Below are positions 47,954 through 57,398 of a stretch of DNA of 64,000 bases, piece after piece. The stretch lies in NCBI GenBank assembly GCA_041666945.1, contig JBAYFY010000001.1:182627-246626 (forward strand). Reading direction: 5' to 3'. The stretch's first letter is position 1; each line of letters starts with the position of its first letter. Both the position numbers and the translations under genes were made by a program. The notes under the pieces are model-generated. The model had not been told where the DNA came from, ran no database searches, and saw nothing but the letters and a program-made list of their open reading frames with translations. Source of the stretch: Candidatus Buchananbacteria bacterium. Its GTDB lineage: Bacteria; Patescibacteriota; Patescibacteriia; 2-01-FULL-39-33.

Positions 47954-48785
47954 GGCGCATTCTATATTGTTCTATGCTTTCAATGGAAAAATCGTCCAGC
48001 AATCGATTAAATTTATCCCAACCCCTTTTAACGCCGAAATACTTAAGGGTTTTTCGCCAACGGGGGATTTTTATATCCGGTATTGATTCGTCCAAATCCA
48101 TCAGATGGAAATAAAGCACAATCAATTCGTTTTTTGCGGCCTTTCTTTTCAGAAGATAGGAGAAAATCCTATAGGGCAACAAACGGAAATAAAAACCGCC
48201 CGATATCGGCCAGTTTATTCCGGCCTGGCGGAAGGTGGAAACAGGGTATTCCAGAAACGGTCCGGCAGTCAGCGGCGGATAGGGTTTAGTCGGCAGCGGT
48301 TTTGTCGGATCAGAAGAAAAGGCGAAATAACTTGAATCATAGATGAAATCGTTTTTTTCTAAAATTTCCCAGGCCCATTTGTTATCCTGATTGATTGAAA
48401 AATTAGGCGCTCTGAATCCCTTAGGTTCTTCACCGATCACGCGCAAAAATATCTCTTTTGATTTGTTAAGATCATTCTCAAATTCAGCGGGGCTTAAGCG
48501 ATTAATCGGCGTATGATTGAGGCCATGCAAGCCGATTTCGTGGCCGACGGCCTTAATCGCCTTCAGTAAATCGGGGAAGCGATCCATCAGCTCGGCTAAG
48601 ACAAAGAAAGTCGCGTTGGCACCGGCAGAATCGCCCAGCCGGGATAAAATTTTTTCCAAAAGAACCGTATTGAGCGGCGGGGTGTCAGCTTGATTTCCGG
48701 ACAGGTATTTTTCCAGGAATTTGCTTGAGTGCCAGTACTCCAAATCGAAAGAAAGGATAATTTTAGGTTTATTGACATCAGTCAT
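47943..48785 (-). CDS. polysaccharide deacetylase family protein (CE4-like)
   Basis: ILSFDLEYWHS N-terminus; HGLNH. Confidence 0.65.
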   Translation of the reverse strand: MTDVNKPKIILSFDLEYWHSSKFLEKYLSGNQADTPPLNTVLLEKILSRLGDSAGANATFFVLAELMDRFPDLLKAIKAVGHEIGLHGLNHTPINRLSPAEFENDLNKSKEIFLRVIGEEPKGFRAPNFSINQDNKWAWEILEKNDFIYDSSYFAFSSDPTKPLPTKPYPPLTAGPFLEYPVSTFRQAGINWPISGGFYFRLLPYRIFSYLLKRKAAKNELIVLYFHLMDLDESIPDIKIPRWRKTLKYFGVKRGWDKFNRLLDDFSIESIEQYRMRHGH

Positions 48786-49473
48786 GCGGATTGTTTAATG
48801 ATGATTTTTCAAATAAGACGTTCGCGTCCAAACCCAAAAGAGAGCTTAAGTTGGTTTGATCCAGATAACGCATAACCGGAAAAGCCCACAATGGCGTTTT
48901 ATTGGGCGGAATCATGGCATCAATGAAAGTTTTTGCCGGCCGCAAGCCGGCCGCTTCGCCCAGGCCCTTAAGATAGGTTAATGAAAAGTCCAGTCCGCCT
49001 AATTCTTCCCGATTTAACAGGGAGAATGCCATTACAGCTGGATTCTTGCCGTTCGGTTCGCATAAAAACACATGCTTTTTTGCCACCCTGGTCATTTCTT
49101 TTACGGCCTTAGTCCTATCTTCTTTATTCATGTGATGAAGCAACGCGCTGCAGGTGACCAGATCAAAAGAATCATCCGGAAACGGTATTTCAGTTACCGA
49201 GGCGACCATTTTTCGCGGATTGGGATTATTGTCAATCATTTCTTTTGAGTAATCAATTCCCAGACAGTCCACCCCAAAGACATTGGTTAGAGCTTTTTGA
49301 AAAAAACCATTGCCGCAGCCGCAGTCAATAATACTGCCGATATTATCCGGCAGCAGATTTTTTAATTTTTTTGCTTTGTCTTGGAAAATGTAACTTACAA
49401 TCGGATGTTCTGGAGAACGGCGGGAAGATTTGTTTTGATTCCAGAATTTTTCTTGCAGATCTTCAGTTGGCAT
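48778..49473 (-). CDS. class I SAM-dependent methyltransferase
   Basis: IIDCGCGNGFF; LLHHMNKED. Confidence 0.75.
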   Translation of the reverse strand: MPTEDLQEKFWNQNKSSRRSPEHPIVSYIFQDKAKKLKNLLPDNIGSIIDCGCGNGFFQKALTNVFGVDCLGIDYSKEMIDNNPNPRKMVASVTEIPFPDDSFDLVTCSALLHHMNKEDRTKAVKEMTRVAKKHVFLCEPNGKNPAVMAFSLLNREELGGLDFSLTYLKGLGEAAGLRPAKTFIDAMIPPNKTPLWAFPVMRYLDQTNLSSLLGLDANVLFEKSSLNNPHD

Positions 49474-49487
49474 AAAAATTTAATGTT

Positions 49488-50414
49488 TCATTGGCGATTA
49501 TTAATCTCTCTTCTTAGGGCGGAAATCTGATCGGCAATCAAGCCGAAAAAGAAAATCAGTATTGAAGATAACGATATTAATACCGTGCTGGCGCTGATTC
49601 TGCCTTGATTAAGAATATCAAAGATCAATAAACTTCCGCCCAAGAGGAACAATAGCAAGCCAATGGGCAAAAATATTCTTAAGGGCGAGAAAAGCATGAT
49701 TAAACGCAGAATTAAAAATAAGTAAGTTATAAATTCCCTCGGTTTAACCATGCTTTGCCCGCTTTCTCTTTTGTTTATTTGAATGGGTATGAATTTAACA
49801 TTCAGGCCTTCACGCAAAAAGGCGAACAGGGTGGTGGTTGAGCAAGAAAAGCCATTAGGCAAAATATGAGTGAATCTTAAGAATTCTTTCTTCTTTATCA
49901 ACCTTAAACCGCAATTGAAATCGGCTATCTTTTTACCCAATAAATAAATGGCCAGCAAGTGGATTAATTTTTTACCCGGTTGGCGAATCCAGGGTCCTTG
50001 ATAGCCCATTCGTTCGCCCGATATCAAATCGAAATTTTCCGTATAAACCAGCATTCTTTTGATGTCTTCGGCCTGATGCTGGCCGTCAGCGTCAAAAAAC
50101 ACCAGCCAGTCATATTGAGCGTTCTTGGCCCCGGTTTTTAAACTGGCGCCATAGCCCTTATTGTAAGGATGATTAATCGTCTTTATCCTGTCATCTTGCT
50201 TTAATATTTCTCCGCTCTGATCCGTTGAACCGTCGTTAACGACAATAATTTCGTGGATTATTTGATTTCCAATCAATTCTTTGGTTAAGGAATCAATAAC
50301 CTTGGGCAGGGCTTCGCCGTCGTTAAAATTAGGAATGATTATTGATAATGCCGGAAATGTATTCATAATTATCGCTATTATTTGGTCTCTATTGGCCTCG
50401 GCCGCCCAGAACAA
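49488..50414 (-). CDS. GT2 polyprenyl-phosphate sugar synthase with C-terminal TM helices (GtrB/ArnC-like)
   Basis: SIIIPNFND, VVNDGSTDQS, DADGQHQ. Two C-terminal TMs. Confidence 0.85.
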   Translation of the reverse strand: MFWAAEANRDQIIAIIMNTFPALSIIIPNFNDGEALPKVIDSLTKELIGNQIIHEIIVVNDGSTDQSGEILKQDDRIKTINHPYNKGYGASLKTGAKNAQYDWLVFFDADGQHQAEDIKRMLVYTENFDLISGERMGYQGPWIRQPGKKLIHLLAIYLLGKKIADFNCGLRLIKKKEFLRFTHILPNGFSCSTTTLFAFLREGLNVKFIPIQINKRESGQSMVKPREFITYLFLILRLIMLFSPLRIFLPIGLLLFLLGGSLLIFDILNQGRISASTVLISLSSILIFFFGLIADQISALRREINNRQ

Positions 50415-51738
50415 CCCTGATGGTTTTTAGGGCAATGCTTAAATCAAGAAGCGGGGAACGATTTTTGACGTAATATAAGTCGTATTTGATTTTTTCCACC
50501 GTTTCTTCTTTAGAACCGCCGTAAGACGGGCCCATCAATTGCGCCCAGCCGGTTAATCCCGGTTTAACCAAGAGCCGCTCGCTGTAAAAGGGGATTTCTT
50601 GGGACAAGGATTGGATAAATTCCGGCCGCTCCGGCCTGGGACCGATTAATGACATTTCACCGCGCAGAACATTAAGCAATTGGGGAACCTCGTCCAATCG
50701 GGTTTTTCTCATTATCCGGCCGAAGCGGGTAACGCGGGCATCGTTTTTGGTCGCCCATTGAGCGCCATTTTTTTCCGCGTCCCGAACCATTGAGCGGAAT
50801 TTTTTGGCCAGAAATTCCTTGCCATTCTTGCCCACTCTGATTTGCCGAAAAATTATCGGGCCGGGGCTTTCCAATTTAATGATTAAAGCGATAAGAGGCA
50901 CAAGCGGCGCCGTCACCATCAAGCCGATGACGGCTAAAATGATATCTATTAGTCGCTTTAACAGCTCGTATGATTTTTTGGAATTTTCAGTTAAGTTCTC
51001 CAAAAACCAACCCAGCTCAATTGACTCTATCGGCACTTTCTGGGTGATGGTTTCATAAAAATCAGTCAGCCGGTGCACATCAATGCCCAGCGACAGGCAA
51101 TCAAATATTTTTTTGGCCGTGGCGGCGTCGGTATGCAAGCTATTGTCGGTGATAACAATGTCAATATTATTGTCCAGGCAATATTTTTTCAGATCTTCCG
51201 GCGCCCGTTCAAGCAATGTAGCCACGTAACCTAATTGCGGCCGGCGGACTATTTCTTTCATTAGATTTTCGGCTAAACTGTTTTGCCCGATGATTAAGAT
51301 ATAGTTAGCTATTTGCGGCGATTTGATTAAGCCGTAAAAAATTCTGCGCCAAGAAAAAATGAAAATAAAGGTAATGATCAAATCAATGATTAAAACTTTC
51401 TGCGGCTTGATGGCGGGGAAAAAAGGAGCCAGAAAATAAAAAGCGAACACCGCGATAATGCCGTTGATTATCGTGGCCCTGAATAAGACGGAAAACAGAG
51501 AGAAATTATTGTAACTGGTTTTTAGATCGTAAAAATCGCAGATGTAAAAAACCAACAGCCATAAGGCAAAAATAAAAGTCAGAGCCCGGTAATGAATCTG
51601 CCAAGAATTGGCATCAAAACCCGAGCCGTAGCGAATCCAAAGAGTCAGCCAAAGCGCCAGATAAAGGCAGGCAATATCGCCTAAAATTAGAAGTAATTTT
51701 TTGGTTTTTAGGATAAGGCCGGTCATAATTCCAGTCAA
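50389..51738 (-). CDS. polyprenyl-phosphate hexose-1-phosphate transferase (WbaP/sugar transferase family), priming enzyme
   Basis: Five N-terminal TMs. C-terminal bacterial sugar transferase domain PGPIIFRQIRVGKNGKEF...DEVPQLLNVLRGEMSLIGPRP. Confidence 0.85.
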   Translation of the reverse strand: MTGIMTGLILKTKKLLLILGDIACLYLALWLTLWIRYGSGFDANSWQIHYRALTFIFALWLLVFYICDFYDLKTSYNNFSLFSVLFRATIINGIIAVFAFYFLAPFFPAIKPQKVLIIDLIITFIFIFSWRRIFYGLIKSPQIANYILIIGQNSLAENLMKEIVRRPQLGYVATLLERAPEDLKKYCLDNNIDIVITDNSLHTDAATAKKIFDCLSLGIDVHRLTDFYETITQKVPIESIELGWFLENLTENSKKSYELLKRLIDIILAVIGLMVTAPLVPLIALIIKLESPGPIIFRQIRVGKNGKEFLAKKFRSMVRDAEKNGAQWATKNDARVTRFGRIMRKTRLDEVPQLLNVLRGEMSLIGPRPERPEFIQSLSQEIPFYSERLLVKPGLTGWAQLMGPSYGGSKEETVEKIKYDLYYVKNRSPLLDLSIALKTIRVVLGGRGQ

Positions 51739-51782
51739 TTAACAGAACTATTTATACCATATTTAGATGAAAAAAACAAGTT

Positions 51783-51809
51783 TTGACTTAATTTAATTTA
51801 TGTTATAAT
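51783..51809 (+). promoter_or_regulatory. sigma70-like promoter for the GtrA/UXS/GT2 array
   Basis: TTGACT (51783-51788), then a 15-nt spacer, then TATAAT (51804-51809); about 28 nt upstream of the 51837 start. Confidence 0.45.
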
Positions 51810-51836
51810 GAAATAGGGTTAAATGCCCCGATTTTT

Positions 51837-52265
51837 ATGTTAAGCATGATTAAAGAAAAATTTTGCCAACTGCCGTTTTTCCGCCGGCCAATTTTCAGGC
51901 AATTCATCAAATTTTGCCTTGTCGGCGCTTCTAATTTTTTTATTGATTTTTCAGTGTATTTGCTTTTTACGCGTTTATTCGGCTTGCATTACCTTCCCGC
52001 CTCGGTGATTTCTTTCGTTGTCGCCGTAACCTGGAGCTTTGAATGGAATCGCAAGTGGACTTTCCGTTATCGCAACGAGGGTTTGAGATGGCAATATATT
52101 AAATTTTTTATTGCCAATATCATCAGCTTGTCGCTGAATCTTGGTCTTTTGAGTTTATTGATTGAATTGGTCCATATCCCTGATTTGTGGGCCAAAGCCG
52201 TTTCCTCGCTTATAGTCGCCGTCTTTAATTTCAGTTTGAACCGCTTTTGGACTTTTAAAAGATAG
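51837..52265 (+). CDS. GtrA family membrane protein
   Basis: 142 aa, 4 TMs. FIKFCLVGASNFFIDFSVYLLF is the GtrA signature. Confidence 0.8.
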   Translation: MLSMIKEKFCQLPFFRRPIFRQFIKFCLVGASNFFIDFSVYLLFTRLFGLHYLPASVISFVVAVTWSFEWNRKWTFRYRNEGLRWQYIKFFIANIISLSLNLGLLSLLIELVHIPDLWAKAVSSLIVAVFNFSLNRFWTFKR

Positions 52266-52338
52266 TTGTTCGGTAAGGGCAAATCATGTTATAATTTATG
52301 TATGAACTAAATATCCATTTAAGGAATAAATTAAATCT

Positions 52339-53379
52339 ATGCCAGTCAAAAAGGCGATATTTGACAAAAAAAACATCTTAGTCGTTGGCGGAGCCGGATT
52401 TGTCGGTTCCAATCTTTGCGATGAATTGGTCAAAACCGCCAAAGTCATCTGCTTGGATAACTTTATTACCGGCGATTCCGCCAATATCTCTCATTTATTG
52501 GCCAATCCCGATTTTAAATTTATTAACCACGACATTATAAACCCCATTAATCTGGAGAGCCGTCCGGAATTGGCCGAATTCAAAGTTGCTTTCCAGGGAG
52601 TGCAAGAAATTTATTTTTTGGCCTCGCCGACTTCACCCAAGGCCTATGTCGCTCATCCGGTAGAAACGCTGTTGGTTAACTCGGTCGGTCTGCGTCACGC
52701 GTTGGATTTGGCGGTTAAGTATGAGGCCTCGATTTTATTCGCCTCCGCTCCGGCGGTTTACGGCACCGGCACCGGCCCCATGCCGATTAAAGAGGATTAT
52801 ATCGGTCCGGTTGACCAGCTTGGCCCGCGGGCTTGTTACGCCGAAGCCAAGCGTTTCGGCGAGTCGCTGGTTAATAATTACCGTTTGGCTTATAAGCTTA
52901 ATACGAAAATCGCCAGAATTTTCAATTGTTACGGCCCGCGGCTGGGATTAACCGACGGCCGCATGATTCCGGAAATGATTTCTGCCGCTTACAGCGGAAC
53001 GCCGCTTACCATTTACGGCCGCGAAAGCGAGTTCGCTTCTTATTTTTATATCACTGATTTGATCCGCGGATTAATGAAACTCATGGAGAGCGGGGAAAGC
53101 GGTCCGGTGAATATGGCGTCAGAATGGAAAATGGGCGTAACGGAAATCGCCAAAAAGATAATCGCCTTGACCAACTCCGTATCCGCGATTGAATTTAAGG
53201 ATCGGCCGGCTCATTTTGAGGCCCAACCCTTGGCCAATATCTCTTTAGCTAAAGAAAAATTGGGCTGGTTTCCGATAATCCTAATGGATGAAGGCCTGCA
53301 AAAAACCATTGATTACTTAAGCGCGCAAAAGGGGATAAGGCGGCCTGAAGCAACTCTTAGTTCCGTCCAGACGGTTTAA
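52339..53379 (+). CDS. NAD-dependent epimerase/dehydratase (extended SDR), probably UDP-glucuronate decarboxylase-like
   Basis: ILVVGGAGFVGSNLCDELV; catalytic YAEAK (YxxxK). Confidence 0.75.
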   Translation: MPVKKAIFDKKNILVVGGAGFVGSNLCDELVKTAKVICLDNFITGDSANISHLLANPDFKFINHDIINPINLESRPELAEFKVAFQGVQEIYFLASPTSPKAYVAHPVETLLVNSVGLRHALDLAVKYEASILFASAPAVYGTGTGPMPIKEDYIGPVDQLGPRACYAEAKRFGESLVNNYRLAYKLNTKIARIFNCYGPRLGLTDGRMIPEMISAAYSGTPLTIYGRESEFASYFYITDLIRGLMKLMESGESGPVNMASEWKMGVTEIAKKIIALTNSVSAIEFKDRPAHFEAQPLANISLAKEKLGWFPIILMDEGLQKTIDYLSAQKGIRRPEATLSSVQTV

Positions 53380-53383
53380 ACTT

Positions 53384-54046
53384 ATGAAATTGGCGATAAT
53401 TATCCCGGCTTACAATGAAGCGGAAAAAATAAGCTCTGTTGTTTTAGCGGTCAAAGCCGCTCAGCCCGAATCCTTGATTATAGTTGTGGATGACGGTTCC
53501 GGCGATGCGACGGCTGAACTGGCCGCTTCGGCCGGCGCTGATGTTTTACGGCATAAAATCAACCGCGGGCAGGGAGCGGCGCTTAAGACCGGCGTAGAAT
53601 ACGCTTTTCGCCGCTACATTGACGCGGCTGTTTTTTTTGACGCGGACGGGCAGATGGAGCCGTCGGAGATTAAATTGCTGGCAGCCGAACTGTCCCAAGG
53701 TTATGATGTGGTGCTGGGTTCCAGAAATTTGGGCCGCGCCCTGAATATGCCGCTGGCTAAAAAAATCGCCAAGAAATTAGCTTTGTATTTCACCCGCTTT
53801 ACCACTGGTTTGAAATTGACTGATACGCACAACGGTTTTCAGGCCTGGACCAGCGGATCGTTAAAACGCTTGAATTTAGGTCAAGATCGTCAGGCCTATG
53901 CCAGCGAGGTGTTGCACGAAATTAAGCGCCTTAAGTTAAAATACTGCGAGGTGCCGGTGACGATTCGTTATACCGGCTATTCCATAAAAAAGGGCCAAAG
54001 CATCTGGAATGCGTTTGGGATTTTGTGGGACCTGTTAATAAAGTAA
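53384..54046 (+). CDS. GT2 polyprenyl-phosphate sugar synthase (DPM1-like)
   Basis: AIIIPAYNE, VVDDGSGDAT, DADGQ. Confidence 0.8.
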   Translation: MKLAIIIPAYNEAEKISSVVLAVKAAQPESLIIVVDDGSGDATAELAASAGADVLRHKINRGQGAALKTGVEYAFRRYIDAAVFFDADGQMEPSEIKLLAAELSQGYDVVLGSRNLGRALNMPLAKKIAKKLALYFTRFTTGLKLTDTHNGFQAWTSGSLKRLNLGQDRQAYASEVLHEIKRLKLKYCEVPVTIRYTGYSIKKGQSIWNAFGILWDLLIK

Positions 54047-54100
54047 CAGGTAATAAGTAACAAGTAATTTTTAATAATTTATTACATATTACGTATTACT
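54043..54100. repeat. inverted heptamer-array element (GTAAYAN)x3 ... (NTRTTAC)x3, copy 1
   Basis: AAGTAACAGGTAATAAGTAACAAGTAA, then tttttaataat, then TTATTACATATTACGTATTAC; immediately after the GT2 stop codon. Confidence 0.6.
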
Positions 54101-54113
54101 ATTTATAAACAAT

Positions 54114-54449
54114 ATGCTTATACAAATCATCCTGCTTATTATTATCGCCGTTATTGTTTTACGCTTAGCGGTTAAATACCGCGCCAAGGAATTGCCCGGC
54201 AAGCAATTCATCAGTTGGCTTGTTTTTTGGCTGGCGGCTTCCGCGGCCGTGATTTGGCCCCAGTTGACAGTTAATATTGCCAATCGCGTGGGTGTGGGTC
54301 GCGGTTCTGACTTGGTAGTTTACTTGGCCTTGATATTTTTGTTTTATATCCTCTTCCGCTTGTTTTTGCGCATTGAGAAACTGGAGAAAAACTTGACTAA
54401 AGTCGCCCGGGCTGAAGCCCTAAAAGAAAAAAATGATTCAACCGAATAA
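54114..54449 (+). CDS. DUF2304-like small membrane protein
   Basis: 111 aa, three TMs plus a C-terminal amphipathic helix. Commonly paired with GT2 genes. Confidence 0.55.
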   Translation: MLIQIILLIIIAVIVLRLAVKYRAKELPGKQFISWLVFWLAASAAVIWPQLTVNIANRVGVGRGSDLVVYLALIFLFYILFRLFLRIEKLEKNLTKVARAEALKEKNDSTE

Positions 54450-55485
54450 AAAGATCGTCATTGGCATCGTAACTTATAATTCCCGCCATAAAATCGCCGA
54501 TTGCCTTAACAGCGTTAATCGGCAGAATTATCCGCGCGAATTGGTGCAGGTGGCGGTAGTTGATAACAACAGCAATGACTCAACTAAAGATTATTTGGCT
54601 GAAGCTTGGCCGCAAGTGACGGTTATTGCCAATAACAATAATACCGGTTTTGCCGCGGCCAATAATCAGATCTATGCCTTCGCCAAAGGCCAAGCCGATT
54701 ATCTGGTCCTGCTTAATGATGACACGATAGTAGAGCCCAATTGGCTGACACGACTGGTTAACGCCGCCTTAAGCGATGATAAAATTGCCGCCGTTCAGTC
54801 AAAATTATTGCTTTATCCGGAAAAGAATTTGGTCAATAGCTTGGGCAACTCCATCCAGTTTTTGGGTTTCGCTTTTTGCAATCACTATCGCGAGCCCGAT
54901 AATCATGATTACACCGCCTTGTTTGATTTGCCTTACGCTTCCGGCGCCGCCGTGTTGTTAAAACTTTCAGCGCTTGAAGAAATTGGTTTATTTGATGAAA
55001 AATTATTCATGTATCACGAAGACGTGGACTTGGGCTGGCGCTTGCGGCTTTTGGGTTACCGCGCGGTCATTGATCCGCTCTCCGTCGTTTATCACAAATA
55101 TAACTATTCCAAAGCCAAGTACAAGTTCTACTACATGGATCGCAATCGCTGGATCGTCCTGCTGAAGAACTACCGCTTAGCGACTATTATATTATTAGCG
55201 CCCATGCTATTGATAATGGAATTCGGCATTACGCTTTATTCTATTAAAAACGGCTGGTTTAAGGAAAAACTTAAGGGCTGGGCCTGGCTGATAAAAAATC
55301 TCGGCTATGTTTTGAGCGAACGGAAGAAAATTCAAGGCCTGCGGCAAACATCCGACCGTAAAATTTTGAATTTGTTTGTCGGTTCAATCACCAATCAGGA
55401 AGTGGAAAATAAATTATTGTCTTGGATAGCCAATCCTCTAATGGAGATTTATTTTCTTTTAATCCGCTTGGTTGTTTTTTGGTAA
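54433..55485 (+). CDS. glycosyltransferase family 2
   Basis: VIGIVTYNS, VAVVDNNSNDST, LNDD; C-terminal membrane-associated tail. Confidence 0.8.
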   Translation: MIQPNKKIVIGIVTYNSRHKIADCLNSVNRQNYPRELVQVAVVDNNSNDSTKDYLAEAWPQVTVIANNNNTGFAAANNQIYAFAKGQADYLVLLNDDTIVEPNWLTRLVNAALSDDKIAAVQSKLLLYPEKNLVNSLGNSIQFLGFAFCNHYREPDNHDYTALFDLPYASGAAVLLKLSALEEIGLFDEKLFMYHEDVDLGWRLRLLGYRAVIDPLSVVYHKYNYSKAKYKFYYMDRNRWIVLLKNYRLATIILLAPMLLIMEFGITLYSIKNGWFKEKLKGWAWLIKNLGYVLSERKKIQGLRQTSDRKILNLFVGSITNQEVENKLLSWIANPLMEIYFLLIRLVVFW

Positions 55486-55633
55486 CGGCCGGACTTGATT
55501 TTTTTTTAATTTTACATTATAATTCACCCTGTTAAATGCGCTAAAGCGCAATTCGCTTTGGGCGAGTTATTTAACGGGTTAACAAAATTCACGGTATTTT
55601 ATTCAAATATCGTGATTTAGGAAGGGACAAAAT

Positions 55634-56413
55634 ATGGATCAAATTACGCAACCGATCAAAAGAATGGGGGCCGGCAAGATTGCCGTTTACATTGTTTTGA
55701 TCTTGGCACTTTCTGCCGTCGCCATTATTTCCATTGTGCGCGATCGCATTGTCAACTACCCGCAGAATTCGGTTTCCGTCACCGGCCAAGGCAAAGTCAC
55801 TTATCAGCCGGACATCGCCATTATCACCTTGGGCGTACAAATTGACAAGGTGGCCAAACCGGATGAAGCTCTCAATCAGTTGAATGATAAAATCACCAAG
55901 ATTGTTGCGGCGATTAAGGCCTTGGGCATAGCGACGGAAGATATTGTCACGCAGAGTTATTCCCTGTATCCGCAATATGATTATGTCAATAACGTCAGCA
56001 GCTTATCCGGCTATAGCGCCAATCAGCAGATTACCGTCAAAGCGCGGGATATCAAAGTTAGTCCGGATAAAACCAGCAAGGTGATTGCCGAAGCCAGTAA
56101 GGCCGGCGCCAATCAGGTTTTGGGAATTTCTTTTGACGTTTCCAATTTAGATGATCTTAAGCAGCAAGCCAGGGTTGAGGCCTTGGGCGACGCCAATAAT
56201 AAAGCGATCAAAATGGCTTCGGCGGCTGAAGTGAAGTTGGGAGAGATTACCGGCTGGTGGGAGAATTATCTCCAGGGTCCGGGGCAGTCGCAGAATTATT
56301 ACGGTGGCAGCGATAAGGGCGGCCTGGGCGGCGGCGGCAGTGTCAGCGCCACAATTCCGACCGGCAGTTATGAGATTGTTATGGAGATGAATGTAAATTA
56401 TAAATTAAAATAA
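55634..56413 (+). CDS. SIMPL-domain (DUF541/BP26-like) secreted protein
   Basis: N-terminal TM/signal; SVSVTGQGKVTYQPDIAIITLGVQ; C-terminal Gly-rich region. Good SD GGAAGGG. Confidence 0.65.
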   Translation: MDQITQPIKRMGAGKIAVYIVLILALSAVAIISIVRDRIVNYPQNSVSVTGQGKVTYQPDIAIITLGVQIDKVAKPDEALNQLNDKITKIVAAIKALGIATEDIVTQSYSLYPQYDYVNNVSSLSGYSANQQITVKARDIKVSPDKTSKVIAEASKAGANQVLGISFDVSNLDDLKQQARVEALGDANNKAIKMASAAEVKLGEITGWWENYLQGPGQSQNYYGGSDKGGLGGGGSVSATIPTGSYEIVMEMNVNYKLK

Positions 56414-56420
56414 ATTCCTC

Positions 56421-56446
56421 GGGGGCTGTTACCAAACAGCCCCTTT
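56421..56446 (+). terminator. intrinsic terminator hairpin
   Basis: GGGGGCTGTT-acc-AAACAGCCCC, then TTT. Confidence 0.5.
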
Positions 56447-56448
56447 AA

Positions 56449-56519
56449 GGGCCTATAGTCTAGTGGTACGACGCTACATTCGCATTGTAGAGGCGGCGGT
56501 TCGATTCCGCCTAGGTCCA
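56449..56519 (+). tRNA. tRNA-Ala (anticodon CGC)
   Basis: Cloverleaf GGGCCTA/TAGGTCC with the G3:U70 Ala identity pair. Anticodon loop TTCGCAT; T-loop TTCGATT. Confidence 0.8.
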
Positions 56520-56570
56520 CTGCTTCGCTAAAGCTACGCAGTGCAGGTATTTTAAAAGATTAATTTAAAT

Positions 56571-56647
<77 letters not shown>

Positions 56648-56654
56648 TTTATTT

Positions 56655-57398
56655 ATGTCTAATCTTATTTGGGCGTTGCTGGCGGTCGCGTTAATCAGCG
56701 TTATGTCTTTTTCCGGCGCCTTGGCTCTGATATTAAACGATCACCGGCTCAAAAATTTTTTGATTTATTTCGTGTCTTTCGCGGCCGGATCAATGATGGG
56801 CGCGGCCTTTTTTCATTTATTGCCCGAGGTTTTGAACTCTATCCCGCCGCTGGAAGCGTTTATTGCCGTACTCGTCGGCTTTTCCCTCTTTTTTATTTTG
56901 GAAAGATTCCTGCGTTGGCATCATTGCCATGAAGAGTCCTGCGAAACCCACGACCATTTGGGCTGGCTTAATTTGATCGGCGACGGCTTCCATAACATGA
57001 TTGACGGCATGATTATTTTTGCCTCTTTTTTAGGCGGTCCGGTTCTGGGCATACCGGTAACTTTGTCCATAATCCTTCACGAAATTCCGCAGGAATTGGG
57101 TGATTTCGGGGTTTTATTGTATTCCGGATTCACCAAAAAACGCGCTTTGTTTTATAATTTGCTTTCCGCCTGCGCGGCTTTTATCGGCGTTTTGCTGGGC
57201 TGGATGTTTTATCGGCAAAGCGAAATGCTTTTTTCTTTGCTCCTGCCTTTTGCCGCCGGCGGGTTTATTTACATCGCCGCCTCGGATTTGATCCCCGAGT
57301 TGCATAAAGACAGGAATTTGACTCGCGCTGTTTTTTCTTACATTTTGTTTATTTTAGCTTTAGCGTTTATGTATTTGATGAAAATATTGTTTGAATAA
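56655..57398 (+). CDS. ZIP family metal (Zn/Fe) transporter
   Basis: 8 TMs; HEIPQELGDFGVLL ZIP signature; His-rich loop HHCHEESCETHDH. Confidence 0.85.
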   Translation: MSNLIWALLAVALISVMSFSGALALILNDHRLKNFLIYFVSFAAGSMMGAAFFHLLPEVLNSIPPLEAFIAVLVGFSLFFILERFLRWHHCHEESCETHDHLGWLNLIGDGFHNMIDGMIIFASFLGGPVLGIPVTLSIILHEIPQELGDFGVLLYSGFTKKRALFYNLLSACAAFIGVLLGWMFYRQSEMLFSLLLPFAAGGFIYIAASDLIPELHKDRNLTRAVFSYILFILALAFMYLMKILFE

